A DNA stretch of 64,000 nucleotides from a virus. Where the stretch lies: positions 1 to 64,000 of IMG/VR virus record IMGVR_UViG_3300021960_000043, one strand, 5' to 3'. Numbering within the stretch: position 1 is the first letter of the stretch; each line of letters begins with the position of its first letter. The notes under the pieces are model-generated. The model saw only the letters and a program-made list of their open reading frames with translations. It did no database searches and was not told the DNA's origin. Position numbers and translations under genes: made by a program. Below, piece by piece: positions 61,251 through 64,000 of this stretch.

Positions 61251-63808
61251 TGACGACAAATAACGCAGATTTCAAAGTGAAAAAAGGATTAGTAGTGGCT
61301 GATGGTGATGTAACAGTTGCCAGCGACCATTCAGTAAAAGCAGGTACATTCGATACCAATGTTGCAGCACAGGGTGTAACACTCACAGGTGTGACACTTT
61401 CAGCAGATGGTACTGATACAAACATACCAATCAATATCACACCAAAAGGTAATAGTTCAGTAGTTATTTCTAAGGCTGACATAAATGCTGGTACGATAGA
61501 TGCTACTACTGTAGGTGTTAGTTCACAGGCTTCAGGTGCTTTTACTACTTTACTTGCTACAAATACTGCTAAGATTACGGCAACAGGTCAATCACTAACA
61601 ACAAAAGGTAAAGTTTCAGTTGTAAATGCTGACGAAGATAATCCCGCAATAGAAACTAACACTCAATTTCAAGTAAATGGCCCTCCTTTATCAGGTAGTG
61701 ATGCAGCATCAAGCAAGAATTATGCGGAAGCCCGTATTCATACTGATATTGGCAACGATGATGTTGCAGGTACTACATACAACGGAATGGGTAATGCTTT
61801 AGTTTTAGACCAAGCAGAAAACATACATACTGGACAAGGTATTGCTATCTCAAAAGGTCGAAGTTCTACGGGAGACTCATGGGCTTTAGGTAGAGAAGCA
61901 AACCGTGGAAATACTGGTAATACAGACCAATTTACTATCGGTTATATCAATAAACCGTGGGATGATGCTGTGAGTCTCACAAACAACCCATTACTTGCAG
62001 CACAATCTGTTCTTTCTATAAGCACATCAGGTAATATTCTTGTGGCAAAATCAGGTGCTACTCTTGGTTTTGTTAGCAACAGTCAAACTACAAAAATTAA
62101 GGGTAGTGCTTCCGCTTCATCATCTGAAACTTACACATTACCACCTACTGATGGAAGTAATGGTCATGTTTTACAAACTAATGGTAGCGGTGTCCTTAGT
62201 TGGACTCCATCTTCATCAGGCGCAGACGGAATGGGTGCAGGTTTCCAATTAGAAGATGATGATGGCACAGAATTAACAATCACCACAAGTAAAGAAATAA
62301 AGTTTATTGGTGCGGGAATTACTACCAATTGGACAGACACAGATAATGGTACAGATGCTGACCCATACGATATGACTTTCACTTTAGATGTTGATGACCT
62401 CGGTACATCAGCCAACTTTGCAGCGGGAGATTTAATCGCCTTTGGTGATTCAAGCACAGCAGGTAATGATACTGTAAAAGGTACAGTTAACACTTTAGCA
62501 ACATTATTTGCTGGTGCGGGTCTTACTGCAACTAGTGCTGTAATCGCTGTAGATGCAGACCAAAGCGGCCAAATTACAGCAGTTGGAACTCTTACAGGTC
62601 TTACTGTAAGTGGTGCAGCAGATTTGAATAATAATCTAACAGTTGATGGTGCAACAATTTCACTAGACGCTACTACTTCTTTGAATATAGACAACTCAAA
62701 TACCACTAACGGTATCACTATAGGAACAGCAACAAGTGGTGTCCCGGTTTCTATTGGACACACAACTTCTGAAGTTACAATTAATGATAATTTAACTGTT
62801 ACAGGTGATTTAACTGTAAATGGTACACAAACCTTCATTAATTCAACAACCATAGAACTTGATGACAAGAACATAGAACTCGCTAAGGGTCTAGGTAATG
62901 ATGTTGCTGTAGACGGTGGTGGGGTAACACTAAAATCAACTGAAGGCGATAAGACATTTAACTATGTAAACACAAATACCGCTTGGACTAGTTCTGAAAA
63001 CTTTGACATAGTATCAGGTAAAAAATACAAACTTGGTGGTGCTGATATATTCACCAATGCTACAACATTAGCATCCGGTGTAGTAACATCAAGTCTAACT
63101 CAAGTTGGTGATTTGGCTAATGGTTCGATAGTGTCCGGTTTTGGTACAATCACCACAACAGCCGCCATTACAGGTGGCTCTCTCATAGCAGATAACATCA
63201 CTATTGATGGTAACTCAATAACAAGCACCAACATCAATGGTGACATCACACTTTCACCAAACGGAACAGGAGAAGTAAATATCGCTGCTGGTAATCTAAA
63301 CTATGCAGGTACGGCTGTTACAGCCACAGGTGCGGAACTCAATGTCCTCGATGGTGTAACAGCAGGTACTGTTTCTGCAAGCCTAGCATTAGTGGTAGAT
63401 GCTAACAAAGATTTAGCGACAATTAGAAATCTAACTTCAAACGGCACAGTACAAGCCGCTGCTGTTAGTGTAGACGCAGTTGCTGTATTAGACACATCAA
63501 GAGGCTCAGGTACAGATGTTTCAGGGGCTACTGTTCTTGCTAGTTACGCTGCTGCCACTTACAAAACCGCCAAATACATCTATCAAATCAAGAAAGATAC
63601 TGCGGATGACACAGACGTTGGTGAGATACTCGTTACATACGAAGGTACATCCAATGATGTATATATTCTTGAATATGGCATGATTAGCACAGGTGCTTCG
63701 ATTGGTGCTTGGTCGGTGAATTACAACTTAGGTACTGTGGAATTGAAGTACACACCTGCTAATGACGGCGACCATACTTACACAATACTCAATACTCTAC
63801 TAATATGA
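61250..63808 (+). CDS. Tail fibre protein 2
   Basis: Begins MTTNNADFKVKKGLVV; carries the same DDKNIEL module and C-terminal KTAKYIYQ..EILVTYEG..EYG domain. Confidence 0.75.
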   Translation: MTTNNADFKVKKGLVVADGDVTVASDHSVKAGTFDTNVAAQGVTLTGVTLSADGTDTNIPINITPKGNSSVVISKADINAGTIDATTVGVSSQASGAFTTLLATNTAKITATGQSLTTKGKVSVVNADEDNPAIETNTQFQVNGPPLSGSDAASSKNYAEARIHTDIGNDDVAGTTYNGMGNALVLDQAENIHTGQGIAISKGRSSTGDSWALGREANRGNTGNTDQFTIGYINKPWDDAVSLTNNPLLAAQSVLSISTSGNILVAKSGATLGFVSNSQTTKIKGSASASSSETYTLPPTDGSNGHVLQTNGSGVLSWTPSSSGADGMGAGFQLEDDDGTELTITTSKEIKFIGAGITTNWTDTDNGTDADPYDMTFTLDVDDLGTSANFAAGDLIAFGDSSTAGNDTVKGTVNTLATLFAGAGLTATSAVIAVDADQSGQITAVGTLTGLTVSGAADLNNNLTVDGATISLDATTSLNIDNSNTTNGITIGTATSGVPVSIGHTTSEVTINDNLTVTGDLTVNGTQTFINSTTIELDDKNIELAKGLGNDVAVDGGGVTLKSTEGDKTFNYVNTNTAWTSSENFDIVSGKKYKLGGADIFTNATTLASGVVTSSLTQVGDLANGSIVSGFGTITTTAAITGGSLIADNITIDGNSITSTNINGDITLSPNGTGEVNIAAGNLNYAGTAVTATGAELNVLDGVTAGTVSASLALVVDANKDLATIRNLTSNGTVQAAAVSVDAVAVLDTSRGSGTDVSGATVLASYAAATYKTAKYIYQIKKDTADDTDVGEILVTYEGTSNDVYILEYGMISTGASIGAWSVNYNLGTVELKYTPANDGDHTYTILNTLLI

Positions 63809-63833
63809 TGGAAAGTGAAATCATGGTGATACA

Positions 63834-64000
63834 ATGGCAACAAATAATGCGGATTTTAAGGTAAAAAGAGGCTTAATAGTAACAGAGGGCATAACCCTCG
63901 GTGGGCATACTTTCGACGACATAGACATAGGAACTGAGTTTGTTGATACTGATGACCACATTATGTCATCCGGTGCGATTAGAGAAAAGATTGAGTCTTA
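63834..64000 (+). CDS. Tail fibre protein 3 (N-terminus only; runs off the window)
   Basis: MATNNADFKVKRGLIVTEG..., paralogous to the N-terminus at 61250; GGTGA RBS. Confidence 0.75.
   Translation, partial: MATNNADFKVKRGLIVTEGITLGGHTFDDIDIGTEFVDTDDHIMSSGAIREKIES

Noticed and set aside
40755-63808. Numerous 60-236-aa minus-strand ORFs
   Set aside because: Antisense shadows of long Ser/Thr/Gly-rich + strand genes.

Overview
The window is the morphogenesis half of a large, AT-rich, tailed dsDNA virus (Caudoviricetes). Almost all genes are on the + strand and tightly coupled through ATGA/TAATG overlaps. GAGGTG/GGAGG ribosome-binding sites, TATA-like boxes about 25 nt before leaderless starts, and overall gene content point to a euryarchaeal host. 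It most resembles marine Poseidoniales (MGII) viruses ('magroviruses'); that assignment is recognition/inference, not a database result. Gene order: a GC-richer left region with CGTACCC repeats, one divergent gene and a structured 3' RNA; a cluster of small modular proteins; a membrane-protein/Arf-like GTPase operon; a putative small terminase, low-complexity proteins and TerL; a LAGLIDADG-domain protein, portal, a 1804-aa protein with a degenerate ligase domain, prohead protease/scaffold and MCP; decoration proteins, adaptor, terminator and tail tube; tail chaperones with a -1 frameshift site, a short tape measure, a ~5,470-aa tail protein, a hub and paralogous fibre proteins. There are two best candidates for undescribed systems. 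(1) A shared amphipathic-helix plus LK[A/S/G] tag (AFxxAWxxLK, PMDIAYQLLK) sits on about 10 unrelated cargo modules and matches LLK/A sites in the MCP and protease, suggesting a capsid-targeting and polyprotein-processing code. (2) A self-contained operon pairs an Arf/Sar1-like small GTPase with three membrane proteins and may be a membrane-remodelling or egress system. No tRNA, rRNA or CRISPR array was seen.
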